This document shows, piece by piece, positions 35,250-45,238 of a stretch of 64,000 nt of DNA. A program made the translations under genes and the position numbers. The stretch covers positions 12,589-76,588 of IMG/VR virus record IMGVR_UViG_3300032259_000003. One strand, 5' to 3'. Every line of letters starts with the position of its first letter. Within the stretch, counting starts at the first letter, position 1. Source of the DNA: a virus. Lineage: Duplodnaviria; Caudoviricetes. Below the pieces are notes generated by a model, which did no database searches, had not been told where the DNA came from, and saw nothing but the letters and a program-made list of their open reading frames with translations.

Positions 35250-35809
35250 TGAACCTTACGCTTGAATGGCTTAAGCAACATACACACATCATCCGGCATA
35301 TCTTTAGATACCGCTTGCGATTCGACCCGTAACCAGTGCAATACCAATTGCATACAGGCTAGGACTACATCACTTGGCGGTGTGATCGAATACCCCCAAT
35401 ACCCCTCTATACTAATCGCGCTCTCTGGTGACGTGTCATACTCCCATGATACATCGGAATCACTTTTTAATTCGATGCCATAAATAGGGGTATGGTTACG
35501 CGGTAACGTCACATAGTCCGTACCTGTAACCGTGGTTGCGTCACCGTTGGTGATAACGAGATCGGTTGTACTAGCAAGCCAATTGTCAAAATAGAGTTTA
35601 TCGTATTCATCGTCTGTGCTTGCTGTGCGAGCCGTGGGTGCATCGAATACCCGCGTGCTAACCGCGGATATTTCAAAGACATTGTTTGTATATGATTCTA
35701 TAGCCGATTGTGCCCGTGGTATCAATGCCGATATTTCCGCATCTTGCCCGGTGTCGCCAGGGTCATAGTCTCCATGTTGCCGTATTTGTGCGAGTGTCAC
35801 ATAAGCCAT
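35240..35809 (-). CDS. Head-tail connector (gp6-like)
   Basis: AYVTLAQIR...D.EISALI..A...IESYT...PSDVVLACMQLV.HW. Confidence 0.78.
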   Translation of the reverse strand: MAYVTLAQIRQHGDYDPGDTGQDAEISALIPRAQSAIESYTNNVFEISAVSTRVFDAPTARTASTDDEYDKLYFDNWLASTTDLVITNGDATTVTGTDYVTLPRNHTPIYGIELKSDSDVSWEYDTSPESAISIEGYWGYSITPPSDVVLACMQLVLHWLRVESQAVSKDMPDDVCMLLKPFKRKVQWL

Positions 35810-35823
35810 TAGGTTGTCCTATT

Positions 35824-36279
35824 TTACGCTATGATTTCCGTTACACTTGCAAGGTCCTGGGATGTAACATCGCTATAGTCTTCACGCCAACCGATTGCGA
35901 CCATACCCGCGTCACTGGTTGCGGTTCCAACTGTCATTGTACCCTCAATAAAATTGAGGCCCTGTGCAGCACACTCTTCGGCTGATACTTCGACAATATA
36001 TTGCTTGTCACTGCCATCGGTTCCGGCTTGTGTGACTTGTGTAATGCTTTTACCGGTTACGGCTGTCGCATGTGAACCGGCGTTTGTGGATGCACCACCT
36101 TTGACAATAAAGTCAAGTGTAGCACTCGATCCAAGTGTACCTGCGGCAACAATAAACATCACGCGATTCCATTTGTTCATGTCAATCTCATCACAAATAT
36201 ACGCGGCGGCGGTGTGTACGTCGGGGTCAATCGTGGCCACGACTCCTATACATTCTGTTAGTCTGATATTTTGAGGCAT
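35824..36279 (-). CDS. Head-associated structural protein
   Basis: 151 aa directly after the capsid gene, AAGGAG RBS. Confidence 0.55.
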   Translation of the reverse strand: MPQNIRLTECIGVVATIDPDVHTAAAYICDEIDMNKWNRVMFIVAAGTLGSSATLDFIVKGGASTNAGSHATAVTGKSITQVTQAGTDGSDKQYIVEVSAEECAAQGLNFIEGTMTVGTATSDAGMVAIGWREDYSDVTSQDLASVTEIIA

Positions 36280-36297
36280 TATATGTTACTCCTTATA

Positions 36298-38220
36298 CTA
36301 GTCGTTAAAGTAAACGAATGGGCTTACAGTAAACGACCCTTGAGGATCTGCTAAAGTAATGGCGTTATTCAGCCACGGCTTACCGTCTACACGTGCACCA
36401 TAGCGCCAGGTATCGTTCCCGTTGAGGAAGTCTACATGCTCCGAGAAGTCAATATAGAATCCGCCAAGTTCAAACAAGATATAACTTGCCAGGTCCGCAA
36501 GGATAACACATCCTGAGTTATTGGCCTGTGGCAGGTGTTCCGAGAAGATAATTGGACGGCCGTCGTGCACCATTGTCGGCCCTTGTGATGGGTTCGCGTT
36601 CCATACGCTCCCGCCGGTCCCGACTTCAAAGTTATAGATGTCTGGAAGGATGCTACGATGGGTCAACCATGCACCGCCACCGGTTCCGTTATCACTTGTC
36701 AAGCCTGCCATTGCTTTAAAACGGCTCGCCATTTCCGCAGCATCAGCATAAGCAAAAACATTGTCCGCGTCCGGTGTTACGGCTACGGCGGCGCTTGAAT
36801 TAAGGATACCTAACGGTTGTGCTGCACCGGTTCCGCGCAAAATACCTTTTTCTACTTTTTCGGTATAGGCGCGTACCATTAGGTTACGGAACAACGACTC
36901 AAGGCCGCTGACTTCTTGTGATAATTCACGGGATGCTTTTACATAACCGCTTGCATAGTCCGATACATTGTAAAGCAATTGGTCAAAAGCTGGTGTCTCT
37001 TCGGTGTAGGCACCACCTTCGGCGCGGATATTGGTTCCTACACCTGATTGTTCCGCTGATTCACCACCGCCGGCGGTTGGGGCTGTCGTAACGTCAAGGC
37101 TAGGATAGCGACCACTGCGGACGCTTACCGACTGACGGGTTACGCCGTTCACAATTGGGGATGACCGCAATACAGCTTGTAAAAGCGTGTTGCTAAATGC
37201 TTCCGGGATAAGATACCCACCGGCTGCCCCACTGTCACCACTTGCGGCTTTATAGTAGCCTGATTTATAAACGACTGCTAGACGTTCTTGATCGTTACGC
37301 CGTACCGCCATCATAAAGTCGCCTAATGACTTCACAGTCTCATCAGCCTTACCGCCGTCTTGGGTATAGTACCCGGACTTGCGAACCGTGGGGCTGTTCT
37401 CCATATGGTCTAGCAATTTGGCCATTGTGTCAGCCATGCCTTTAACTTCACCGCGGAATTCGGCTTGCTCACCTTCGAGCTTAGACATTGCGTCTTTGAT
37501 CTTTGCATCTACAACCTGCGATACGTCATCAGGCTGTACATTTTGGATATTCTCATCTTTATCCATTGTATTACTCCTACTTGATATTTGAACTAAAGAA
37601 CCGTCGTGACTGACTTCACTTTTTAACGCCTTCGCTTGTACAGCCTGCGCGTTCTCTTCGGTTTCCGCAGTCGTAACGGGTAACTCACGATAATTAATAG
37701 GCAACATCTCAATCGTTTTATACGTTGCCTTGTTGCGATAGTCCGCAGGGGTATGGGTTAAGCTCGCATCAGCCCCTAACGGCCATTTGGTGATCTCATA
37801 AATGCCACTTTTAACCTCAACCGACTTGACCAGGTGCGACGCGCTCCCACTTGACCAACCAATACTTTTCCCCTGGCTTGACCGGGCCTCAATGAGCGCA
37901 ATCACCATTGCGTCGTATTCGTTGGCCTCGTCAAGTAGCCCACTCACCCAAACACCTTTATCTTTTAAGGATAGTTCGGCCTTCATGCCGTGGTTGAGCT
38001 TGTGGTGCTTTAAGACCGGATCCATGCCGTGATTGAAATACATCGTGGCTTTGCCGTTTCCATCGTCAAGATCAAAATCGGTATCTTTAGTAAAATAATC
38101 CCCTACAAAATCGGCCTCATTAGGGTTCCCAAATAGCACAAGATACCCCTCGACCTGTCGCTTATTGTCGCCTATGGCCTTCATAGCCACGTCACTGCCA
38201 AGTGTAATTAAATTTGTCAT
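36298..38220 (-). CDS. HK97-type major capsid protein fused to an N-terminal prohead protease
   Basis: N-terminus EGYLVLFG...DFVGDYF...GWSSG...ASLTHTPA is protease-like. C-terminus GGYLIPE...GILRGTG...DLASY...RVDGKP is an HK97 capsid. Confidence 0.88.
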   Translation of the reverse strand: MTNLITLGSDVAMKAIGDNKRQVEGYLVLFGNPNEADFVGDYFTKDTDFDLDDGNGKATMYFNHGMDPVLKHHKLNHGMKAELSLKDKGVWVSGLLDEANEYDAMVIALIEARSSQGKSIGWSSGSASHLVKSVEVKSGIYEITKWPLGADASLTHTPADYRNKATYKTIEMLPINYRELPVTTAETEENAQAVQAKALKSEVSHDGSLVQISSRSNTMDKDENIQNVQPDDVSQVVDAKIKDAMSKLEGEQAEFRGEVKGMADTMAKLLDHMENSPTVRKSGYYTQDGGKADETVKSLGDFMMAVRRNDQERLAVVYKSGYYKAASGDSGAAGGYLIPEAFSNTLLQAVLRSSPIVNGVTRQSVSVRSGRYPSLDVTTAPTAGGGESAEQSGVGTNIRAEGGAYTEETPAFDQLLYNVSDYASGYVKASRELSQEVSGLESLFRNLMVRAYTEKVEKGILRGTGAAQPLGILNSSAAVAVTPDADNVFAYADAAEMASRFKAMAGLTSDNGTGGGAWLTHRSILPDIYNFEVGTGGSVWNANPSQGPTMVHDGRPIIFSEHLPQANNSGCVILADLASYILFELGGFYIDFSEHVDFLNGNDTWRYGARVDGKPWLNNAITLADPQGSFTVSPFVYFND

Positions 38221-38221
38221 C

Positions 38222-38605
38222 TTATATGCTCCGGTTTACTTCATTTTGGATAATTTCTACCACGCGGTTACGCTCTCGCCCTACTACCGACCGGACGGAA
38301 TGGCTACCCCAAACACGCCTAAAATATGGGTTGCCCTTTTGCTCTCCCTGGACATCATCGGCATATAGCGCGTTATTGCCTATCGTTTGAGTAAAGCCGG
38401 ATTTACTGGGTTTATTCGTCCAACGGTTTTTAAGGTTCCCGGTTCTAACGTAAGATACCCCGACCGGTTGGACCGGGTATTCTTGTAATTGGCCTTTTAA
38501 ATATAACGCGGCTACTGATAACCCACGTTTAGCGCCGTCCATACGCATTAATGACTTGGCCAAGTCTGGCACATCGCCACTGTCAATTTTTAACCTTATC
38601 TTCAT
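38222..38605 (-). CDS. HK97 gp10-like morphogenesis protein
   Basis: YVRTGNLKNRW...IGNNALYA motif. Confidence 0.6.
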   Translation of the reverse strand: MKIRLKIDSGDVPDLAKSLMRMDGAKRGLSVAALYLKGQLQEYPVQPVGVSYVRTGNLKNRWTNKPSKSGFTQTIGNNALYADDVQGEQKGNPYFRRVWGSHSVRSVVGRERNRVVEIIQNEVNRSI

Positions 38606-38718
38606 AGTCCACCTCTGGAAAGACGATAATATTATCCGGTGTTGACTCTATCATATCACTATTATCAAAATAAATATCTATCAACGCTTGAATATCACTA
38701 TTGATAAGATCGAATAGA

Positions 38719-39444
38719 TCACCCATTGTTTAATATCTCATTCTCGTATTCGTAGCGTATCCCACAGCGACAACGCATATGTGCCGGTGGGGCATAGTAT
38801 CCGATGCCTGATACAGGGTGTGCAAAATGTGCATCAAACCCAAAATTGCTCGCTTGTACACCATCCAACGGTTCGCAGATAGGGCATACTTTTTTGTCGC
38901 GCACCGTCAACCATACTTTGCGCATCATAACGCCCTGGTCGGTCAATTCATTGACAACTAATTTTTCCCCCTGCACCGCGGCTCGCGTAACCTCGGTTAC
39001 GGCTATGGCTTCACTATGTGCCGGGCCGTAGAGACGACTCACACGGTCTATCATCCCTTGCCGGTCAATCTTATTCTCATAATAATCAGCGACGGCTTGA
39101 CCGACGCTATTGCGCCGTGTATCAATTAGTTGCCCGGATAATGTGCCGCTATATTCACGCGCCCAAAGTGCGGCCCGTTCATTTATCAGATCGAAAGACA
39201 CACCACTAAAGCCGGTTTCCCGTACCATGTTCTCAACGCCGGCAATGAAGACAGACTCTAATTGAGGCGTTAATACTTGTTGGTAGTCAATAAGGATCTC
39301 TCTCCAAACATCATCCGTAAAATTATCTAGTTTTGGTGGGTCGCCAATTAACTTTAATAACTTGCGCCGTGTTCGTGCGTTGAGCTTACCAACTTCGGTC
39401 GCCATCGCGGCTTCTATCGCATCGCGGTCCTGTAAGACGGGCAT
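38719..39444 (-). CDS. Minor head/morphogenesis protein (Mu F/gp7-like)
   Basis: IAVTEVTRA...KVWLTVRDKKVCPIC..LDG...PPAHMRCRC. Confidence 0.85.
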   Translation of the reverse strand: MPVLQDRDAIEAAMATEVGKLNARTRRKLLKLIGDPPKLDNFTDDVWREILIDYQQVLTPQLESVFIAGVENMVRETGFSGVSFDLINERAALWAREYSGTLSGQLIDTRRNSVGQAVADYYENKIDRQGMIDRVSRLYGPAHSEAIAVTEVTRAAVQGEKLVVNELTDQGVMMRKVWLTVRDKKVCPICEPLDGVQASNFGFDAHFAHPVSGIGYYAPPAHMRCRCGIRYEYENEILNNG

Positions 39445-39764
39445 TATTTGAGCGCTCGCAAAGTACGTAATAGGTCTTCGTTGGCTCGATAGGTTGGGAT
39501 GGTGATATTGGCCTTGACCACATTAAAGAATGTTAATGGGTCAATGGTAGACCCACCCTTATTATAAGTTATCCCAATCTCATCTAAGACAGCATTTACA
39601 GCTTTGACCTTTGCCGCGCTTAGTTTTGGCGTTTTGCTATCGTTAAATAACGCGCTTAACACGGCGGCCGCGTCTTCGTCACCACCTACCAACAAGCTGA
39701 TAAGCCCGTCATAGGTGAGCTGGTTATGTTGTGCTACATATTCGAGTTGTGCCTTTACTGTCAT
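39444..39764 (-). CDS. Hypothetical protein
   Basis: 106 aa, coupled between the portal and minor head genes. Confidence 0.6.
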   Translation of the reverse strand: MTVKAQLEYVAQHNQLTYDGLISLLVGGDEDAAAVLSALFNDSKTPKLSAAKVKAVNAVLDEIGITYNKGGSTIDPLTFFNVVKANITIPTYRANEDLLRTLRALK

Positions 39765-41215
39765 TAGTACTCACTTTCTGCATGATGATCGGTTAGGTCT
39801 ATCGCGTGTTTGAATACATCGCTAATCTCGGACCTAATTTCTATCTCTGATAAATGGCCACGTATCGCGGCTTGTAATGACTCCGGTATAAGATGGGACT
39901 CAAAATTAACCTCGGCGTTACCTACCCGTTTAAAAGCTTTGGTCGCTTTGGTCTCCCATTGGTCTAAGTGGGTGGCAATGGATACCACCGGCTTAAATGA
40001 CCGGACCTCTATAATATCGTCTTCGGTCACAGACACGGCCGGTATATTGCCGTCTTCCATCTGTAGTGGTTCATCTTGCGTATCACTTATTGAACGGACC
40101 GCGGCCCATTGCTCTTCGTTGAGGTCATACCCTAATATCTCTAAGGCGGTAACGAGCGGTATCCCTACATTTACCAAATTAGCCAATGAATCCGACCGTT
40201 GTGCCTCGTCAGCCTGGAATAGGTCTAGCTCTTGTTCTCTAAACTCAAGTTGGATATTGATATTATGGTTTAAAAAGTACGGGTTAATCATACCCTCAAT
40301 CTTGCGGGCCAATGGGATGACTGTTTTTTGGTAAAAGTGTTTATTGTCTTCACGGGCCGTAGCATAATTCGCGGCTGATGAGAATAACAACGACTGCGGT
40401 ATTCCTAACGATGTACTTATATCTTCGCGCTTTTTGTCGGTCAATTCTCCGACGGCCAATTCCGACATGGGACTACCCAATGCATGGACTTTTGTCTCAG
40501 AACTAATAGGAAAAACCTCATGTGCTTTAGTCATGCCGGCGCTAAACATACGCTTGAATATGTTACTTGTTCGCTCTTGTTCGGCGGCTGGCATGGCCTC
40601 GAATCCTGGTATCTCGACCATTGTTGGGTTAATTGCACCACTATCAAAATATTTTTTGCCGTATGTATCAATGGCCATCAATAGACCGGCAGCCTTTAAC
40701 GCATTTTGCGCGGGCGATGTGCCGATGGCTATCTCATTCTCCCGTGATGGAATCCACGCATAACCTATCTCACCGCGCTTGAATGGGATCTCATTGGCTC
40801 CGAGTTTGCGCTTAAAACCGACTAGGCCATACTGTGAATCTGTCACCAATTCCATAGCGTCAGGATGGAACCGCCGCAATTCTTGACTCTTACCATACTT
40901 GTTATCCTCGATGATACAAAACATCGCGCCGGTTAATAAATAGTCGCCTACAACCTCATCTAAAAAGTTGCTCCATTGCACATTCACGGGTAAGGCTTCC
41001 AGGTCTTCCTCGTTACGCGGTAGCCCGTTAATGGCTTCAATAATGGTTTGAATAGCGCGGTATAGCCACGGAACCGCGTCATACAACTTATATATATCGC
41101 TTGTGGTGGCTGTGCCTAATACACTTTCCCACACATTGGCCGGAAATGCGTCAATCGGTAGGCTCTTAATCCCGTTGGCTGATGTGAGGGTAAATTGTCG
41201 CGTTGGTTTGGGCAT
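39764..41215 (-). CDS. Portal protein (HK97 family)
   Basis: VPWLYRAI, GTSPAQNA, YFDSGA.NP, ISTSLGIPQSLL...NYA. Confidence 0.88.
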   Translation of the reverse strand: MPKPTRQFTLTSANGIKSLPIDAFPANVWESVLGTATTSDIYKLYDAVPWLYRAIQTIIEAINGLPRNEEDLEALPVNVQWSNFLDEVVGDYLLTGAMFCIIEDNKYGKSQELRRFHPDAMELVTDSQYGLVGFKRKLGANEIPFKRGEIGYAWIPSRENEIAIGTSPAQNALKAAGLLMAIDTYGKKYFDSGAINPTMVEIPGFEAMPAAEQERTSNIFKRMFSAGMTKAHEVFPISSETKVHALGSPMSELAVGELTDKKREDISTSLGIPQSLLFSSAANYATAREDNKHFYQKTVIPLARKIEGMINPYFLNHNINIQLEFREQELDLFQADEAQRSDSLANLVNVGIPLVTALEILGYDLNEEQWAAVRSISDTQDEPLQMEDGNIPAVSVTEDDIIEVRSFKPVVSIATHLDQWETKATKAFKRVGNAEVNFESHLIPESLQAAIRGHLSEIEIRSEISDVFKHAIDLTDHHAESEY

Positions 41216-41227
41216 ATGATGATACCT

Positions 41228-42544
41228 TTATATAAAGAATTTTTTACGGGCGCGGTCGAGCGTTACGATAGCGTAGCGCATCGCATCCATGCCGTGGTCA
41301 TTGTCTTTGATGGGTTGCTCTTTGTTGGGTTTGCCGTCCACGCCTTCGGGGTAGCTATAGCTTGCTATCTCCTGAATGGTGGATGTTGGGCGGTTGGCCT
41401 CAACGAGTACACGGTCAATCTCTACTGTCGCGCCTTCCATGAAGAAGATGCGCGGCTTACCGTCGCCGACATCACGTAACCGAAGTTGCACCAATTCGAT
41501 GCCCGACTCAATGGATACCGTCTTGTCTACGTTCCCAGTGGGTATGCCGTGTCGGTTGAGGGTTGCGGCGTTCTCCGGGTCGTGGTCGGTGACGGTATAG
41601 TCAATGCGTTCCCCCTGCGATAGTGTTTTGATCTGTTGTGCATGGTCACTCACCAACCGTTGACTCATGTATATCTCTCGATAGAGATACAATCGGCCGT
41701 CGGGGTCAATCGCCCACCACTGACACACAAACGGGTTGGTATAACCGAAGTCAACCACACGGATACGTCGCCATGACTTGGGTATATCAAAGGGATCTAT
41801 AACGTGGCGCTCTCGGCGGTAGTCTTCATATACCGCGCCTTCGGCTCCGGCCCATTGCCCTAAATACCCACGCTTATGCCTTAACCCGGTCAAGCCTGAT
41901 AATATTTGACGGGTGCGTTCCCCCTGTACCGTCCATTGCTTTTTGCGTTGGTCAAATAGCGCAGGGTTGTGAATATGTAATTGTTCAAACATTTTAAGCT
42001 GTTCGCGTTTAAGTATCCAATGTTCGGGGTGTCCAGGGTTACAGTCACTCATCACCTGCGGGTAAGGTGCGTTCCCGGCACGTCCGGTGCATCGTCCTAG
42101 TGCCAACTCGTAAGCGTTTAAAGGTGTCTCTTCAAGCTGTACAAATAAAATAAAGTCAAATTCGCCTGATAATAACTTTTGTGGTTTATCTAAGCCAACT
42201 AATAATAGGTGTGACCCATTGCCGTATTCATAATGTGTCGGTCGTGTACCGCCATACTTTTTAATAGGGCTATTGGGTGCATCCAAATTAAAGCCGAGTA
42301 CCTTCTCTTCATAGGTGACTACGGCCGTTGACAATAGGCTTGCATAGGTGTTACGTGTAATAACCGCGCGTGACCGTGGGTATAACCATAGTAGCGCGTT
42401 GAGCTTATACAGGTTGGCCAGCGTTTTGCCTGTCTCATATGGACCAGACAAAATATATTCATGGCCTTTATATCCCCATGTCTCGGATGCACCACCATAA
42501 AATGTTATGCCATCGGTCGCTTGATGCTCAATTACGTAGCTCAT
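41228..42544 (-). CDS. terL: Terminase large subunit
   Basis: SGPYETGKT, DCNPGHPEHW, VVDFGYTNP, DHGMDAMRY. Confidence 0.92.
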   Translation of the reverse strand: MSYVIEHQATDGITFYGGASETWGYKGHEYILSGPYETGKTLANLYKLNALLWLYPRSRAVITRNTYASLLSTAVVTYEEKVLGFNLDAPNSPIKKYGGTRPTHYEYGNGSHLLLVGLDKPQKLLSGEFDFILFVQLEETPLNAYELALGRCTGRAGNAPYPQVMSDCNPGHPEHWILKREQLKMFEQLHIHNPALFDQRKKQWTVQGERTRQILSGLTGLRHKRGYLGQWAGAEGAVYEDYRRERHVIDPFDIPKSWRRIRVVDFGYTNPFVCQWWAIDPDGRLYLYREIYMSQRLVSDHAQQIKTLSQGERIDYTVTDHDPENAATLNRHGIPTGNVDKTVSIESGIELVQLRLRDVGDGKPRIFFMEGATVEIDRVLVEANRPTSTIQEIASYSYPEGVDGKPNKEQPIKDNDHGMDAMRYAIVTLDRARKKFFI

Positions 42545-42948
42545 AATTCGCTGACATCCATACCAGTCTTAATGACAATTGCACCGCCGTCAGTTCCGCT
42601 TATCTCTCGACGCTCGACTTCCAGCCCGTGGATCTTATCAATTCGCGCCTGCGCTTGTATCGCTGTTTTGTAGTCTTGCACCTTCAAGGCTTTTTGGAAT
42701 AGCATCTCATAGCGTTCCGTCGCCTGCCCTAGCTCACTATCTCGATCCATCTCTAAGCGCCGGTTAAAATACTTCCTTGCTTTAGCAATGTACTTATCCA
42801 TCATAGATTCGCCTATATCCCACTCTTCACGACCATGTTGTAGAATATCCTGACGGCTTGCACCTTTGAGTAGGAAAGTATAAACGTCATTTGTACGTTG
42901 TAATACTATTGTATCGCTTACGCGGCCTTTGGTCTTTTTGTTTGCCAT
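42541..42948 (-). CDS. terS: Terminase small subunit
   Basis: Upstream of terL; clear homologue of 6533-6928. Confidence 0.7.
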   Translation of the reverse strand: MANKKTKGRVSDTIVLQRTNDVYTFLLKGASRQDILQHGREEWDIGESMMDKYIAKARKYFNRRLEMDRDSELGQATERYEMLFQKALKVQDYKTAIQAQARIDKIHGLEVERREISGTDGGAIVIKTGMDVSEL

Positions 42949-43604
42949 TACTTGCCCCGTTTTTTGTCTAACATTACATTAAAATATTCACGAATATAGA
43001 AGTCGTAAACGTCGGGTGATGTGGTTAAATTATAGTTCTCTGTTCGTGGCTGCCAAGATAGGTTAGCGCTCCCGGTGATGGATACGGTTCTATCGTCAGG
43101 CGCTTTTAAACATATCGCTTTAAGGTGGTTCTTAAACGTGATAAACGGTTGTTTGTGTTTTTGCATCCCTAAAATTAATATGTTGGCCGCTTCGGGCTTG
43201 ACCCGTGGGAAATACGGATCTGACATAACCACCAACGATTGAAATCCGCCGGTGTCCAATAGGTCAATTAACCCGTGTGCGTGGTTGGGGTTCATTGACC
43301 ACGTGCTAATATGAGCTTGAATACCATCACCGCCTAACAAGTCAACCAAATGATATAGGAATGTACCTAGATCAAATGCCTCATCTTGTTCCGCCATAAT
43401 AGCCCGTGTGCCGGCTCCGTTGCCGATAACATATAGATCGGTATCAGGTGGCGGCAATGTTGGGATTAATTTAGATATGGCCTGACGCTTTAAGCCTGAG
43501 ATAAGGTGACGTTTGGCGACAGTCTTAGTTAATACTTTGGGCCTACCGAGTGTCTCACCGGTTTGTATCAGGTCTTCTTCCGTCAATAGATCATTTAGGC
43601 TCAT
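42948..43604 (-). CDS. Phospholipase D-like (HKD-type) nuclease domain protein
   Basis: NHLKAICL...ITGSANLS...ENY motif. Confidence 0.7.
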   Translation of the reverse strand: MSLNDLLTEEDLIQTGETLGRPKVLTKTVAKRHLISGLKRQAISKLIPTLPPPDTDLYVIGNGAGTRAIMAEQDEAFDLGTFLYHLVDLLGGDGIQAHISTWSMNPNHAHGLIDLLDTGGFQSLVVMSDPYFPRVKPEAANILILGMQKHKQPFITFKNHLKAICLKAPDDRTVSITGSANLSWQPRTENYNLTTSPDVYDFYIREYFNVMLDKKRGK

Positions 43605-43606
43605 GA

Positions 43607-43975
43607 CTAGCGGTTCAATAGCAATCTAATGGTACGGTCCGCGCTTAATTGGTTGGTGCTTGACTTGAGTTTGATGTAACGCGGAAAATTGTACGTGTCT
43701 GAGATATTCAAAAATACAAATCGGCTTGTCGATACGGTTAGTGTATATTCTATACCGGCCTTGTCGTAAATCGCGTTAAAAGTGGTATCGTCAAGACTAC
43801 CCTCAAAAGTAATATCCGCGGCGGTCCAGGCAGCCGGCATGACAAGCGCCGTAATATGCCAGTCTTGAAGGTCCGCGCTTGCCGTTAGGTCCGCGTCTTC
43901 GGATATATCAAACGTCACGTCAATGTAGGCTTCTTTAACACTGTTGATACTAACGATATTTGTATATGTGGCCAT
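43607..43975 (-). CDS. Hypothetical beta-rich protein (unit B only)
   Basis: 122 aa; MPAAWTAADITFEGSLD...RYIKL suggests a small jelly-roll fold. Confidence 0.6.
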   Translation of the reverse strand: MATYTNIVSINSVKEAYIDVTFDISEDADLTASADLQDWHITALVMPAAWTAADITFEGSLDDTTFNAIYDKAGIEYTLTVSTSRFVFLNISDTYNFPRYIKLKSSTNQLSADRTIRLLLNR

Positions 43976-43993
43976 AGCTCAATCCTTTAATTA

Positions 43994-44734
43994 TTAGCGT
44001 CCTGCGAGTTCTAAAAGTGCCGCGATAAGCGTTCCTATTGCACCACCACCGGCCGCGGTTGCGCCGCCTTTGATGGCTATCTCTTTGGCGATGCTTTTAA
44101 AGCTATCAATCCGAGCGCGGCGGGCTTCAACTTGTTGCTTGCGTTCCAATTCGCGGGCCGTCTCCCGTGACTCAATTTTGAGAAGTTCCGCCCTCATCTT
44201 ATTAATATCAAGCTGAAGCGCTTTGACATTCTCTAACGTTTGTTGTGTCTCTTTATTATACCCTTGCAATTCAACGCGGAACATATCCATGCGACCAACC
44301 AGCCCGGTATTATCCCCGTTGCCCTTCAAGACGTTAAGGATCTCCGGGACATTCTGCGATAACATATGGTTGTTGGCTGCCAGGGTTGCTATTTGATCGC
44401 GTTGTTTTATATCAGTTTTGTCTAAGACCTCGATGGCTTTAGCGTTGGTGCGAATATCGGCCTGCTGTTTTGCGTATTCGTCCAATATTTTTTGTGATAG
44501 ATCCTCGAATAAATTATGCAATGTAAAAAACCCGTCGCTAAAAATTTTATCAATTGTTTTAGACGGCATATAGTCGTTAAGCGTATCGCTAATCATAGCT
44601 TGAACGGCGCTATGTGTTACCAAGTCCTTTTTGATAGATGCAAACTTTTTATCAAATAGGGCTTCTATTAATTCAATTGTAATTTCTTGCGTGTTTTTTT
44701 TAGGGGCCTCGATGTTATTGTTAGGTTCGTTCAT
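43994..44734 (-). CDS. Coiled-coil protein with hydrophobic C-terminus
   Basis: Homologue of 6930-7670. Confidence 0.7.
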   Translation of the reverse strand: MNEPNNNIEAPKKNTQEITIELIEALFDKKFASIKKDLVTHSAVQAMISDTLNDYMPSKTIDKIFSDGFFTLHNLFEDLSQKILDEYAKQQADIRTNAKAIEVLDKTDIKQRDQIATLAANNHMLSQNVPEILNVLKGNGDNTGLVGRMDMFRVELQGYNKETQQTLENVKALQLDINKMRAELLKIESRETARELERKQQVEARRARIDSFKSIAKEIAIKGGATAAGGGAIGTLIAALLELAGR

Positions 44735-44824
44735 TTGGACCCCGTGTTATAATTAACATAGTGTATAACCTCATTTTATACGCTCATGGCTCCGGGTGTT
44801 TTTCCTCACCGCGGGGCCTTCAAA

Positions 44825-45238
44825 TTATTGTAAATAAACACCACACGACGGATGAAAGATAAGTAATCCGTTTATACTAGCGTTTATATCCCACCAAATG
44901 CCTGCATACACCAATACCGTATGATCGGCATAACTTCCGCTTGACGCATACCAGACACCATCAACGGCATAGAACGAATAGGCGCGCCCGTAGTCATCAA
45001 AGGCGCGGTTATTGCCGTCTTTCCAATCCTGCCAGAGGGAGGTCACGTTGTAGCCGTCAACAGTAGGGCAAAATTCATAGGGCGCGGTCGGTGCTGGGAC
45101 ATACTCACATATCCATAACGTGCAATCGTCTTGAGCGTCCGTTACCAGAACCAACCCGAACATAACCAATAATACCCATGCGATCATCACGCGGCGCAGG
45201 GCGGCGTGTCCGCTTGGGTCATCTATCCACCTATCCAT
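44825..45238 (-). CDS. Putative exported Cys-containing protein
   Basis: Homologue of 7762-8175. Confidence 0.65.
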   Translation of the reverse strand: MDRWIDDPSGHAALRRVMIAWVLLVMFGLVLVTDAQDDCTLWICEYVPAPTAPYEFCPTVDGYNVTSLWQDWKDGNNRAFDDYGRAYSFYAVDGVWYASSGSYADHTVLVYAGIWWDINASINGLLIFHPSCGVYLQ

